A DNA stretch of 64,000 nucleotides from the NCBI GenBank assembly GCA_051362555.1, contig CM120641.1, positions 33,982,401-34,046,400 of the forward strand, in the 5' to 3' direction. The stretch is from Lingula anatina (Eukaryota; Animalia; Brachiopoda). Positions 48,569-61,330 of the stretch are shown here, piece by piece. Position numbers and translations under genes: made by a program. Position 1 is the first letter of the stretch; each line of letters starts with the position of its first letter. Under the pieces are notes generated by a model. That model saw only the letters and a program-made list of their open reading frames with translations. It searched no databases and was not told where the DNA came from.

Positions 48569-51500
48569 ATGGCAACTTCGGACGCGAGGCCGATCCTTGA
48601 ACGTCGGATCCTCATAATAACATGCTTCATAACGCTGTTAGCTTTTATTTTCTACATTGTGTCGATTACTACTGATTATTGGGCGATCATAGACACGCCA
48701 AATGGAGTGAACACGAGCGGGATGTTCATTCTTGGAGCTCACCTTGGAATATGGCGGTTTTGCTATTGGGAAAGCAACGTACCTACGGGCAGTTTATTCG
48801 GTAATTATGGGGCATGCCCCTTTTTTAAATTGTGTTTTGTATAGAGTGTTCGTTGAATATGTCGTTTTCCAAAGTGCTTCAGTTTTCTATCCTTAGAAAG
48901 ATTTTACAAAAGAGAAAGAAAAAATTATTCATAATTGGATTGTTTGGTCTACTACAGAACGTCCTATACCTGTATGAATACGGAAACGTAGAATTCCGCA
49001 GGATTCCTCGGTGAATCGGAAAAAAAAAGATCTTATCAAGCATAACGATTACTATGTTATTTGACCCTGTTTTACTGTTGCCACTTGAAGCCACTTATGT
49101 CTTTTCCCAAATTTCTTTGGCCTTTTCATGGCCTGCCCATGTTTCGGACGTTTTACATTCAGGTGGTTGATTGGATATAATAACCCTAAGGTGTATAGTG
49201 CCACTTGACCTTCAGATCTACAACACACAAGGCTACATGTACAGAAGCATTTCCTACGAAATAAGATTTTTCATGTTAACTAGCATTCTCCTCATATTTT
49301 GGACATTGAAGATGACAAAAATTATATCGATTTTTTTTCACTTTCTAGAGATGAAATTCATTGGGTTTAGTCATACACAAAAGCAAAGTGCACACTCCAT
49401 AATAAGTCATTAATCATTTATTCTTTTTGCTTTTTCGACATGCATTTTACTGAAAGGCTGATGGCGTGTAGATAACGAAATTTATTGGTTTTAGTCAAAG
49501 TCGAAAGCTAAGTGCAAACCCCATTACAGTTTGTGCATCATTATTTTTTTTCGACAGCATTTTACTGAAGTGCTAAAACCGTGATTATAACCATTATTGG
49601 ATATGTATTGAATCAACCATGAGTACTTACACAAAATATCTAGGTAGATGAATGGCTATTGGACATGAAACTGACATTTTAATGCATTTGCCACACGTTG
49701 TGGATTGAGGATCTGTTAATTTATGACAACGGAAATAAGGGGTTTGTTTCAGATTATCGATTGTTCCGAGATCTGGGCCTGCGGATCTTTCTTATCCCTA
49801 TTTGTTATCTTAATTGTACCAGGTGCGAGGCACATACATAATTTTTAGCACATTGTGAAATATGATTGATGTCCTAAACGACAACCAGCTTAATGTAGAT
49901 GTAAGCTCATCTGAGAAGGAAGGCGGAAACAACTTGCCTTCATACTGTAGACTCTTTGACTCCTTACTTCCAAGATTGCAGAACATTGGCTATATGCCCA
50001 AAACGCCTGTGGTAGAGCCTTTGATTTTTTCGGTTTCTTGTGCAATCTGTAACGCACCATTTTATTGTTTTCTCTTAACCCTGAGTAATAGGACTTTTGC
50101 AGCTTTTGCAACTTTTGTGACTTCTTTTCTTTGCTGAAGAGTTTGCTCTCCAGCATTCTTTTGTCTACTGGAGAGCAAGCTTTGCAGCAAACAAAATAAG
50201 TCAACATCTATTCATCTAAGGCTTATTCGTCAAATGTTGTCTCGATTACTGTTACTGACACAGTATACATTTACTTGGTGCTTATGTTCTAATAACAGTT
50301 TCTATTTAAATTCTTCCTAAATTGCACAACACCAATCATGACAGCTTAAGGTACGTTCAAAGTTATCAGTAAGCCGTTTCACAACGTAAATATCCATGAA
50401 CCAATTTGCATTTTATTGTCATGAAGCACATTTAATTGCATGTATATTACGGAATATGTGACAATGATTCCATCAAATTATTATTGTTATCTCCCAGATA
50501 GCACTGCAAATCGCGTTCCCCAAACGTGCCTCCAACTTGTGGAACTACATGTATAATTACCTTTGTAGCCATAAATACCTTTTTAATGTCAAAGTTATTA
50601 AGAAAAGAGCGATCTCTCAAATGTACAATCCCAGTATTAACGTGAAAGCATTAAAGTTTACCTCCCCTCACAGGTGCATATATCATGTTTAAAATTCTTT
50701 CGCTTCAACGCCGTTTCATATCAGTTAGGTTTCACCTGCCTGGTTTTTCCAACAGTATCGGATTATGGCGCTGGAATCTTACTGGTTTTCACAAATGAAA
50801 CCTATCTAACATGAAAAAGGCGCACATGTCTTGCAACAGATGAAAAGTGAGTGATAAAGTAACCGTAGCCGTTTCTACACACCAGGTGATTGCTCTATCT
50901 GACAACTTAAAAGCATTTGTATAGTGGGGCATTTGAAAGCGATTGAAACTTGTGTCTTGGTGAAACAGATGAAGTGACACGCGAGTATGAAAATGGGCGG
51001 CTCTTCTTTCAAGGGATGGAAAATTAGGCTAGTATGCAAAGCACTTCGCACTCAATGTATGAAGGCCGCGCAGGTTTAGGGGAGACACTTTAAAAGCACA
51101 TGTCCTTAAGATATATAATACCCTAAAGAATCATCAAGACATCATTTTAATATATCCTCTGCAAACAACAGAACCTCCAAACTCCACGAAAACCAGCAAT
51201 CTTTTAACACAATTAGCAAATAGCAGATATCAGTGCTCGGTGCCTTTGAACTCCAGGCTGCCAAAATAAAGATTTCCGTCAAAACAAGTCTGCGTGTTAG
51301 GTCTGCAATCCAAGAAGTTATTCACCGCCATAGAGTGATATGTGTGAAGGGTAATTGGAGGCTTTTGGAATAACAGAATACAAAATATACAGTAACAAAC
51401 CACGACTGTAAAGATTTGTTTATACATGTTGAAGTATGATGCGAATATGGCTTGGAAAGATCTGGGATGCATTTGCCAGCTGTTCTAAATAAGTGCACTG

Positions 51501-54500
51501 CAACATGGGTACCATACCAAACCTGATATTATTTATATACATATGTATGGTTCTTTTCAAGACAGCGGGATATTGGGATTTTACCCATGCTTATACATGT
51601 AACCTCCAAATATACCTTAAAATCACACGGTGCTGACTCCATCATACTGTTGCGATTAGTATGAGTCACATTGAATAAAAGGATTACCTACGAGAACAAT
51701 GTATGGGGCGGTAAATTGATCAATTAAAATGTACATTTTATTTTCATGTTCATTTAAGATGAATCTTTTTTTAAAGTTTGCAATATCACCCTGGGAGAAT
51801 GTCTTGAGGCCAAGTGTCTTAGGGAATTTCTATTATTGCGATTCAATGCAAAGAACGTGTGCCTTTATGTCACATATATATATTTAAATGATATATATGA
51901 TTTATTAACAATCAATGTTTTCCTCTCTAGATTTGATTAATATTATATTCTTATACTTGAGTAGTGTTTCCCATTGACATGTCCATTGTTCGCACATTTT
52001 TATCGAAACCAGATTTTTAAAGGATAACAACTCTTCATTTTGGCGGGAAAAGTGCCATAAACGTTTTTTTTCTGCAATAACCTCTCGATGGATTATTACA
52101 GAGGGTAGTCATCTATTCACGTAGTCCAAAGGCAAGCACAGATTCTGGAACAATTGCAATAACCGCCGTTTTGGTGGTAAAATGAATTAATATATTTCTG
52201 TGTGTTGTTTACAATGTTTTTTTTTTTTTTTTTTTTTTTTTTTTTGTGGAATTTTGAATCTCATATGAAGAGTTGTTATCCCTTCAATTGATATCAGATC
52301 TAAAATGTTCTATCATGCATTTCTCAAACTGGTATCACCTGTTGCGGGCTGATGAAAACCAAATGAAGCCTACAGTACACCTTTTCACTTAACCTTGCCA
52401 AAGGCACCAACTCCTCTGCATGGCAGCGTAATTATAGTATCGATTGTCTGACGCTATCCGTACCTTCACTGAAACCGAAGTGGCCTCCCATATAGGAGTA
52501 ATCACCGAGCACCTGTAGATATTGTTAGTCGGCACTGGCAGGCAAAAAAAAATGCGGTTGTTTATGCTCGGCAACCCCGGAAAGGTTCCAACCTGAGCTT
52601 ACGGGGTTGAAGCAGTAATAGGTGCCTTTTACTGTTTAGTAGGCAGGCCGGTAGTCATTTTACCAACGGTGTTCGTATTAAATCAAGTTTTCGTTTTTAT
52701 TAGACAAAACGGTGCCCCGGGAGTCTGTATTCAAATGGTAGACTTTCCGCTCTTTTGCCATTCATTTTGAGGTACTCTCACCATGCTATACCTAACTCAT
52801 CCTAGGGGTACAAAATCAGAGGGTCTTGTTCGAATTTTGGGAAATGTCATGAGCGGCTTAAGCTCACGCGTTTTGTTGAAAATACGTTATTCTTGTAATA
52901 CATGAGAAGTAGGCCTACCCTAACGCGTACAGATGATACCTTATATCGTTTTCCTGTTCCATCCCACTAAGGAACTAACATGTATGTAACGCAGAATTTA
53001 CATGCAGAAATATAATGTAAAATGTTGAATTTAGAATAAAAACGAATCACTATGGTTTTACTTTAGAAAAATATTGACTTACAGCAACGTGCTGCTACTT
53101 AGAATGTACAGACTTTAAGACAAGAACAACACGCCCGAAAATATTTCATTATACGTAGTTTTAAAAATTTAATCGATCGAATTTTTTCGGTCGGCTAAGG
53201 CGCTCTCATTTTATCATAACAATACTTTGATGCTATGCAAGGTAGTTTCAAAATGGCACGTCAAAAAATTAAAAGGCGGGGTTCAAATTTATCACTGAAT
53301 ATAAAAAAGGAAGTAACTGTTTTCATCTATATATTCTTCGTCTCTAAAGATTCAAACCCATTGGAATAGTCCTATAATACATGTACGGCTGTTGGTAGGT
53401 ACATTTGTCAAAAAGTCTAATTAGGCCGTGTAATCAGCGTTCACCAGGGGACCTCACAATGCCCGAATCTTTCAGAATAACCGATAAGTGCCCAGTACCC
53501 AGTGTCCAGACGGGACCTCGAGACTACTGATCAGCGAAGAGCTCGATCCATCATTTCTATGGCTGATCGTGTTGTAATTTAATGATATATTCTTGTAGAT
53601 TTACGTGAATATGCCCTGCACAGAGTTTTAATGTTGAAATTCATTATCAGAAAGATTACTACTGGTCTTCAAAACGATCTCAATTAAAAAAATTAAAGAA
53701 ATGAGGAATTCAAGCGGATTTTACAAGGGGGAGCTGGGGAGGACAGTTAAAATGAGTCCGATCTTGCAGGGGTAAACGCCCTTAAAATATACATTTGGTT
53801 TATTGCGAGATCAGTTCGTGGTTTATCTAATATCGACGCCAAATACAAATTTACAGAAATTATTTTTCTGTATGGTTTACATAATACCAATTTTAACCCA
53901 AACTCTAAAACCAGCTTCTTTACAGTCAGTAAACATTCACGTTCCTTCGACTTTTAAGTTATTAAACTATCGTTTATATACCACCGTTTCTCAGCGTTTA
54001 ACTCTTGTTGCTCAAAATTGGCAGATTAAGTGCGAAATCATTTTTGTTTAGCACTTACAAGTACAATATGGCTTTGACATTTCAATCTCTGTTTTTCCCT
54101 GAAAAAGAGTATGAGCAACGAAGGCTTGAGATATTGACAGGGTAATCTGCAGCTCTCTTTTATGGCCTCTGCCATTTGGCTCATTTTTAGATGAAGAGAT
54201 ACACACAAACAGTAAAAAATAACATAAAGTTATTTCAAAGTATGAGGCAGTAAAGGAAAGGAAAAAGTAATGTGCTTCTATTCTGAACATAACATGTTCT
54301 AAATAACGATAGTTGTTCATGCGGCTCATTTGCAGTAAGAAGCAATTGTTGTAGTCTTGCTGGTTGTTCTAGATGTGTCATTTGTACCGTTGTACATTTT
54401 TTTCAGTTTGAGGTTTTGATTTTAGGGGCGTGAATCTTGAAATACACTTTTTCCTTAAAATTGTAATAGAAAAGTACAATAAAGGAGTATTTTGTTATAT

Positions 54501-56533
54501 TTATCGACAAGCCTTTGACTGAGAGCAAGTGAACGACGCGAGCTATAACAAGAAATTGTGTGTTGATGCCACTATTGATTATATAATTTCAACTTGAAAG
54601 TTGCATGATTTAAGTGATTCTTTGAGACGAGTGTGAAGTGTGAAATATGCTTTATCTACATGTAAACCGTTCACTTTTTCAGGCACAAATATATAAAACC
54701 AAATAAAAATGTTCATGGTTTGTATTTTATTTCACAGAAACAGATGACAAGCTCTGCAGATATGTCCACTTGTTTACCTCCGCAGAAGATGTTATGAAAA
54801 ACAGCGAAGAGGTCGACACACAGACTATGGGTGAATAGAAACACTCTGGAATTATTTTCTTTTTCTTTTTCTACTGAAATAAAATAATCTGTAAATTAAT
54901 CAGTTCATCCATTTAGTTATTAGTCAATCTAAATAGTTATTCATATCTTTGGTTATTTTTCGGATTATTTTCTAGATATTGAATTTGAGATCTGAGTTTA
55001 AATCTAAATGACCGCATCATTGATGTCCCTATGCTTTACAGCGGCACTAAGCTAAAAAGTTCACGTTATCATTCTCCCCCCCCCCCCCCCTTCAATCCTG
55101 CTTACTGTTTTAACATGCAAATATGTCAAAACACATTTTTGGCAACTGAGTGAAAAAAATTACCGAAAAATAAAAATATCCTTTCTTTTGTTTCCAGACA
55201 TGAATCGATCAGCCGCCGCATTTTCAATTATAGGACTTGGGTTGATACTGCTGGGTCACTTATTCGCTGTGTACAGTTTGAACCAGCTCCGCTTTATGTA
55301 CAAAAGGGTAACTGGTTGCATTCACATTATGTGCGGTACGTTTCGTATGATGAAGTATAGTTAAATATTCAAAGCCTTTACCAGTATAACTGCACAGAAG
55401 TTATAAATGTATTTTGCGTCAGGAACATACATACATACATACATGTATTGATCAGCGCTTGCCCGAGCTATATGGTCTTTTCGCATTGTTTTGTATAAAT
55501 AATAGTGGTCCTTCACTAGAAAGTTTAGAAAATTAGATAATATATGGCTCTAGGGGTGTTCCATATCGATGTAAAGGCATTTCATAGAAAATCTCATTTT
55601 GCGGCGAAGTAAAAACAGTTAATAAACTTATGCAAGTGTCAATTTAGCAACGAAGAGAGCACGTACTAAAATGAAAAGTTTTGGTTAATCCTATTACTAA
55701 AACATGTGGTTCGACATGTGTTTCAAGTCAGAAATGTGCCTGTTTTTAGACAGAACCTTCTAAGCACAACAAAGAAAATGTCAGTACCAGAGAAATGCGC
55801 ATGTGCCGCAGCGTGAACTTGGGTTAAGTTTTTCAGAATACCTGATAAAAGCATGCATTTGTACAGAACATTTTTTACTTGATTCTTTTCATGAATATTC
55901 CCAGAAAAATACCTGGCTGCTGTATAGCAAAAGTTCATAGATGCTTCAAGGAGCATCCGCATTGTTTCGGTGTTAAAGCACTAGGCTAGCCAAGCTTTAT
56001 ATGATAAGCAGATATGACGAGGAATGTATTTCGACGAAATAAAGTAGCTATTTATAAAGTCGACGGGAGAATAGGTATAATATATAATCATACAGACCCA
56101 GCTTCTTTAATTGGTCCGTATGATTTACGTTAAGAAGGGAAACTGCAGTTACTGTTGCGCTACACCTGGCCAGGTGTGTTCATTCAGTTGCCCCACTTAC
56201 TTTCGCTAGTGTTATTGACAGGTGCTATTTTTGTTATAAACCCAAGATGCATATCCTCTCAAACATTTATTTTTCTTTTTTTCAGCTCTCTGTATTATTC
56301 TAATCAACGAAATCATGATCAATAATGTCATTCGTCGAGTTGACGAGCTGGCAAGGTTCGCGGATTCGGAACTGGTGTGGGGATACTCCATCTACCTCTC
56401 GTGGGTAGCATTTGCTGTCTTCTTAGCAGCTGGGATTGTTTTCTTTCTATGTTCGAAGAAACGGAAAGGCGAACACGCATTCTCAGAAGAAGAAGCGCTG
56501 GAAAACGAGCCAATTCACTTGGGGAGAATATGA
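48569..56533 (+). CDS. Claudin/PMP22/CACNG-superfamily four-TM protein (claudin-like A), about 236 aa
   Basis: Exons 48569-48800, 54738-54830, 55198-55335, 56286-56533 (711 nt, all phase-1 introns). TM1 then TTDYW...HLGIWRFC...KLC; RFMYKRVTG before TM3; WGYSIYLSW before TM4; tail SKKRKG...EPIHLGRI. Confidence 0.88.
49890..50140 (-). mobile_element. Possible decayed LINE (CR1/L2-like) ORF2 fragment
   Basis: The minus strand across a frameshift reads QRKEVTKVAKAAK/SYYSGLRENNK, similar to the basic linker between endonuclease and RT in CR1/L2 LINEs; interrupted by stops. Confidence 0.35.
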
Positions 56534-58684
56534 AGAGGAAGCCGTGCGAGAGACAAAGGTGAAAATTGATCCACTCGTCGTGCTATTACCAAGCAACTAT
56601 GCATTACCCCGTAAATGCTGCGAGGTGGTCTGTTTACCCGAAAAACTTTTACCTGTACGAACGGCTGGAAGAGAACAGAAAATAGCCGAGAGAGACCCGA
56701 CTTATCCCAATCTGAACTCGGGGATTCTTTTCTAAGTGGCTTGCTGAAATGAAGTGAAAAGATCACTGGCGCCGACTGCTGTACTCCCAAGGAAAAAACC
56801 TTGTGATAACCTTTCTTCGTCGAGCGAAACTATCCCTCATCATTTCCCCCGCAATTAACGTTTTTATGTTTTGAACCTAAGATTAAACAATATATAAATG
56901 ATACAGGTACCTTTTAACAGGATTTAAAGGTAATTTATGCAAGAACATAATTATAATCAAAATGAAGTTGTGTGATACCTGCAATCTGTGCAAAAATTAA
57001 CATGATATTCTTTCTCCTATCATTCCCGACACACAGTGTCTTAAAACATACTTTGTGGTTCGTTTATTTTTCTACCAAGTGTTAGGCTATGCAGAAACAG
57101 GAATATCTGCAGCTAGAGCTGCATTGTATATCTTAACAGGCTCTAGTTTGACCTGAGATTTGGCGAAGTAACGCCATGAGGCCTGTATCCTACAAGTCGC
57201 CTTTTATACGGCGAAAGGACTGCCATTGTATGGTTATAAGACGTGGTAAAGACAACGATACCACAGCAATGTTCATTTACATGTGCTTTATAAAGATTAA
57301 CCCTTAAGCAAGGTAATGTTTTAAACTACGGTGAAAGACATTAAGAGAGACGTGGACCCATCTCGCGAACATGCGATGGGCAAACGTTTAATTAGTGAAT
57401 AGAAATGGTTATTGTGGGAAAAGAGTTGTTAAGAAATATCTAGTTTGAAGTAGATATTTAGTTCAATTTTGTAAATGTTACGGTTGCTCAAGCTGACATT
57501 AGGATTGTTTCGTTTGTTGTTCTTATAATACGTGTGCACATTTGACATGCTGCAGTTCTACATATGCCCTTTTTGCAATTTGCAAGTGTTAAGCGGTGGA
57601 GCAGTATAGGCATATCAACTCACCAATTTGGTCTTTTAGGGTGTTGACATTGTGCTGTTAGTACAAATATGACATTTTTGAAAATGACTGTTATACCATA
57701 GGTATTTTGGTGCGTTTTAGAAAACTTTCTTTTATGAAGTCGAAATTGCTCCGTTTTTGTAGAACACATCTATTCTTTACCGTTTTTCAGACCGTTCTTT
57801 CCTTTCTTGTGTGCAATTATTTCAGGCAAATATCACGTTATACACTCACAGCATGTAATAGCACCTAGGAATTTTAAGTCCAATTTAATGTTAACAAAGA
57901 GGGGAAAGGGCAATTATTTTTGCTTTTCTTTAATCTCATTTTTAATAGCCCTAGACATGCAATGACGAAATTTATCAATATTCAAATATAATGCAAATAC
58001 AATATTTCAATTTTGATCCTCAAACAATTCCCGAGCTTGTGTGATTTCTTGCATTTCAATAAAGTGCTTAAAACTTCTTAATTGTATCTTTTACTTTGCC
58101 GAGGTGCAACGTGATCTTGGTCTAGGCAATCGTGCGGGGGATATTAAACCGGAACCACAATGGCTGAGTGGAAGTTTCACCTAACGCAATCCCGGAGTCA
58201 TTCTTGAAGAAAGCATTCTGAGTGAAAGGGCGACTATGTTTAATTGTATCTGTTCTTATAAAATTCCTTTTATCCATTATAAGTACCAAATTTGTCGTTT
58301 ACCCCAGGAATATTTTTATGGCACTTTTCCCACCAAAATGAAGAGTTGTCATCACTTGAATGTTTAAATATTAGTTAAACGCAATGTTCATGTGTTTGGG
58401 TTACTTCATTGACCCTTCTTCTTTCGTGCTACAAGACAGGAGCAGGATGGCAGGTAATCACTGTTAATGCCTTAAGTGATCACCTCTGATTAAGAGAGGT
58501 TTAATTGCTGATTAATTAGGAGGATAACCCACAGCGGAGATCGAACGTGAAGATTGAAGAATTTTACAGAGATAGACCCCTTGCCAAAGATTTGAAATAA
58601 AGATATAGAGGTATCATTTTCTGTTCAGTGGTTGCCAAAATAAATTTCAGCTATGGGCGCCATCCAAATTGGCCTTGGCAGCCC

Positions 58685-58693
58685 TTATAAAAG
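58685..58693 (+). promoter_or_regulatory. TATA box of claudin-like B
   Basis: cccttTATAAAAggcg in GC-richer context, about 65 nt upstream of ATG 58752. Confidence 0.55.
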
Positions 58694-58751
58694 GCGTCGT
58701 TGTCACTGCTGTGCACAATTTTAAAACCAAAGCAAGTGGGCATCCGTGAGG

Positions 58752-61330
58752 ATGTGCTCTGAAAATGAAAAATTATCTTGGATATTGCCTTTAATGATTG
58801 CGTTGGTGACAACGCTTGCTACCAGCATCCTGATCACCCTCAGTGTGTTGACGGACTTTTGGGACGCCATGCATTTTGATGCGGATTCGCTAAGAGACGT
58901 GGTCTTCAACGCCACTGGGATGAACGTGACCTTCCCCAACAACACAATGTCCCACTTCATAGTGAGCTTGTACACTGATGATCCTGGGGAATATCGTAAA
59001 ATTGCCGTGCCAATGAACAGAAACGGAGGACTTTGGAGAACGTGTGACTCAACCAAAGGTAATTGTTTTTTATATTGGAATTAAAACAAAACATTCAAAG
59101 GTCCTTTGAATAAAAACCTGTAATAACTGGTTAAAATAAACGATGTAAATTATTGCATGGCAAGGCATTTATCCATATATCTATATATATATGTACAGAT
59201 ACATGTATATTTCCATTAAGTTTTTTGTGCGCAAAGATCGAAATAAGTTTAATGTGAATACGAGAGTGGTTATCTACTAGGTTGCTGCGGTATATGTCAC
59301 TTCTTTTGCAAGGCGGAACCTATAGTCCCCTAGATATTTAAGTGTTATAGAACTCAGTTGACTGAGCTTACACGGTACACGAACTCTGTACACGATAAAT
59401 CTTAATTTTTTTTTATTTCACAGATGAAAATAATTTGATAATCCACCTAATGCCAACCAGTGACGTTTGTGACTATTACACCTACTCCTTGGATATCTAC
59501 ATTTCTCAAAACACAGCGCAGATTTTATGTAAGTATTCCACTGTCCGAATCCGTTGCTAAGAATCTTTTTATATCTAAGATAAATTTTACATCTAAATTC
59601 ACAGATAAAACATGTTTATGTCTCTTATGTTACAAACCTTGATCATTGTTTTATAAAATTACTCTTAATTTTTTTCTTTTGTGTAGCTATATTGGTTGCG
59701 AGCAGGGTATAATTTGGTTATTTTGTTCCTGTAGTATTTTTCTTGCTTCTTGCTCTTGCTATAATTTATTGTATTTTTCACATGATTTATGCCGTATCCT
59801 GTAAAATGCAGTAGACTGTGCGGGTATATAAGATTAAGTAATTGCATATTAAGGATCCACCTGTCTTGTTGACACAGAATGTATATGAAATACGCATGTG
59901 TTATACGTATTGTTACCAACAAATGAAATATTCAGACAAAAAGTCTGCATCGTAGGGCCTAAAGTAAATGGCGTCACTGAGCACCTGAGAATTGGAGATT
60001 TTTATCGATACGTTTTATCGATAAGTTTTTTATCGCTCTTCATTTAAAACAAGGTGTCGCAAGGCGCTTTCAAATATAAGTTTCTTTAATATTTGTCTGT
60101 CCTTCGTCATGAGGAATAGTTATTGAATAGTTTTTTGTACCCTCTCTTTAATGCAAATTTTATTTTATAAAATAGCAAATTTATTAGCATTATGTATCTT
60201 TGTATTGCAGAAACAGAAAAATTTTAACTTCCAGTTTATTAATTTTTTTATAAAAACCCGTATTTGGTACAGATCGCCATGAATTTCAATATTTTACAAA
60301 TATGGTGAAAAGTGAGTCGTTTCTAAAAAAGACCCAATATGTTTCTGGCTTTGGGGCAAGCCTTTTTGTCTCTTTCAAACACCGTTACCACCAAAAAGAC
60401 AACGAAAAACCTACTTCAACAATCACTTACAATATTTCAGATGCGAACTTTACTTTCTCGGCACAGTCCTGCGCAATCGTTGCCGTGATAGCACAGTCGA
60501 CGGCGGCACTGCTCGGAACATTGGCGGTGTGCTGGAAACACCCGTTGGCGGCAACTGTTGCTGGCGTTTGTTCATTTGCAGCCGGTAGGTCTAGCACATT
60601 CGAATTTTAGTACAATCTTTCAAAGGCAAATGGCTAAATAAAAGTAGATATATAAATTTATTAAAAAGAAGTGAAAAATGATAATTCAATTTTCCCTTAT
60701 CGAGGTTTACTCTAAGACTGATAAAACATTTATTCAAACTTTGCTTTATCATCTTATCCACAGACCATTTCATACTATCCAGAACTGTTGAGAAAATTAC
60801 GATATACATGTATAAACTCCCTTGAGTTGTAAGAGACCGATTTTACAGGCACCAGCCCCCATCTCGATTTCGAGAGTGGGTCACACATTAGAACTATGAG
60901 AAACTCAGGTCTAAGAGACACGTTTTATTGTGATAAGTGTTTTAGATAGGGTACGCCGTATTTTTCAGAAAAGTGCTGTTCAGTAAAATTAATGTTTTGG
61001 TACTGTATATACATGTATACTGTATGAAAGTTAACGCATTGCGTGTATTTTATTGCCATAACAACATAAATCATGAAGTTAAATTGAGCCTTTTCCATTC
61101 TAGGGGTGTATTTCACATTTGCAGCAATATTAATGATGTTAAGGTGCCACCAAATGTCTTTCATTGCGGTAGAGGGCGTTCCAGAAGAGATATCCAACAC
61201 GCGCCAGATCAAGTATGGCTGGTCTTTATCGACAGCCTGGGGAGCTATAACCGGATGTGCAATAACCGGTTTTCAGTGGGTTACCTTTTCTAGGCGGTTA
61301 ATAAAAACTCTGAGTAATGGCAGAATATGA
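58752..61330 (+). CDS. Claudin-superfamily four-TM protein (claudin-like B, long N-glycosylated first loop, TMEM114/TMEM235-like architecture), about 260 aa
   Basis: Exons 58752-59058, 59424-59528, 60441-60584, 61104-61330 (783 nt, all phase 1). LTDFW...GGLWRTC...VC; sequons NAT/NVT/NNT; YGWSLSTAW; ends SNGRI. TATAAAA about 65 nt upstream. Confidence 0.87.

Noticed and set aside
56436-56790. Overlapping 99-aa and 91-aa ORFs past the claudin-like A stop (readthrough or overlapping gene?)
   Set aside because: Different frame or strand, the stop context TGA-A is not readthrough-prone, and there are no recognisable domains.
58746-58751. GTG start assigned by the ORF track to claudin-like B
   Set aside because: An in-frame ATG lies two codons downstream (58752), so no non-AUG start is needed.
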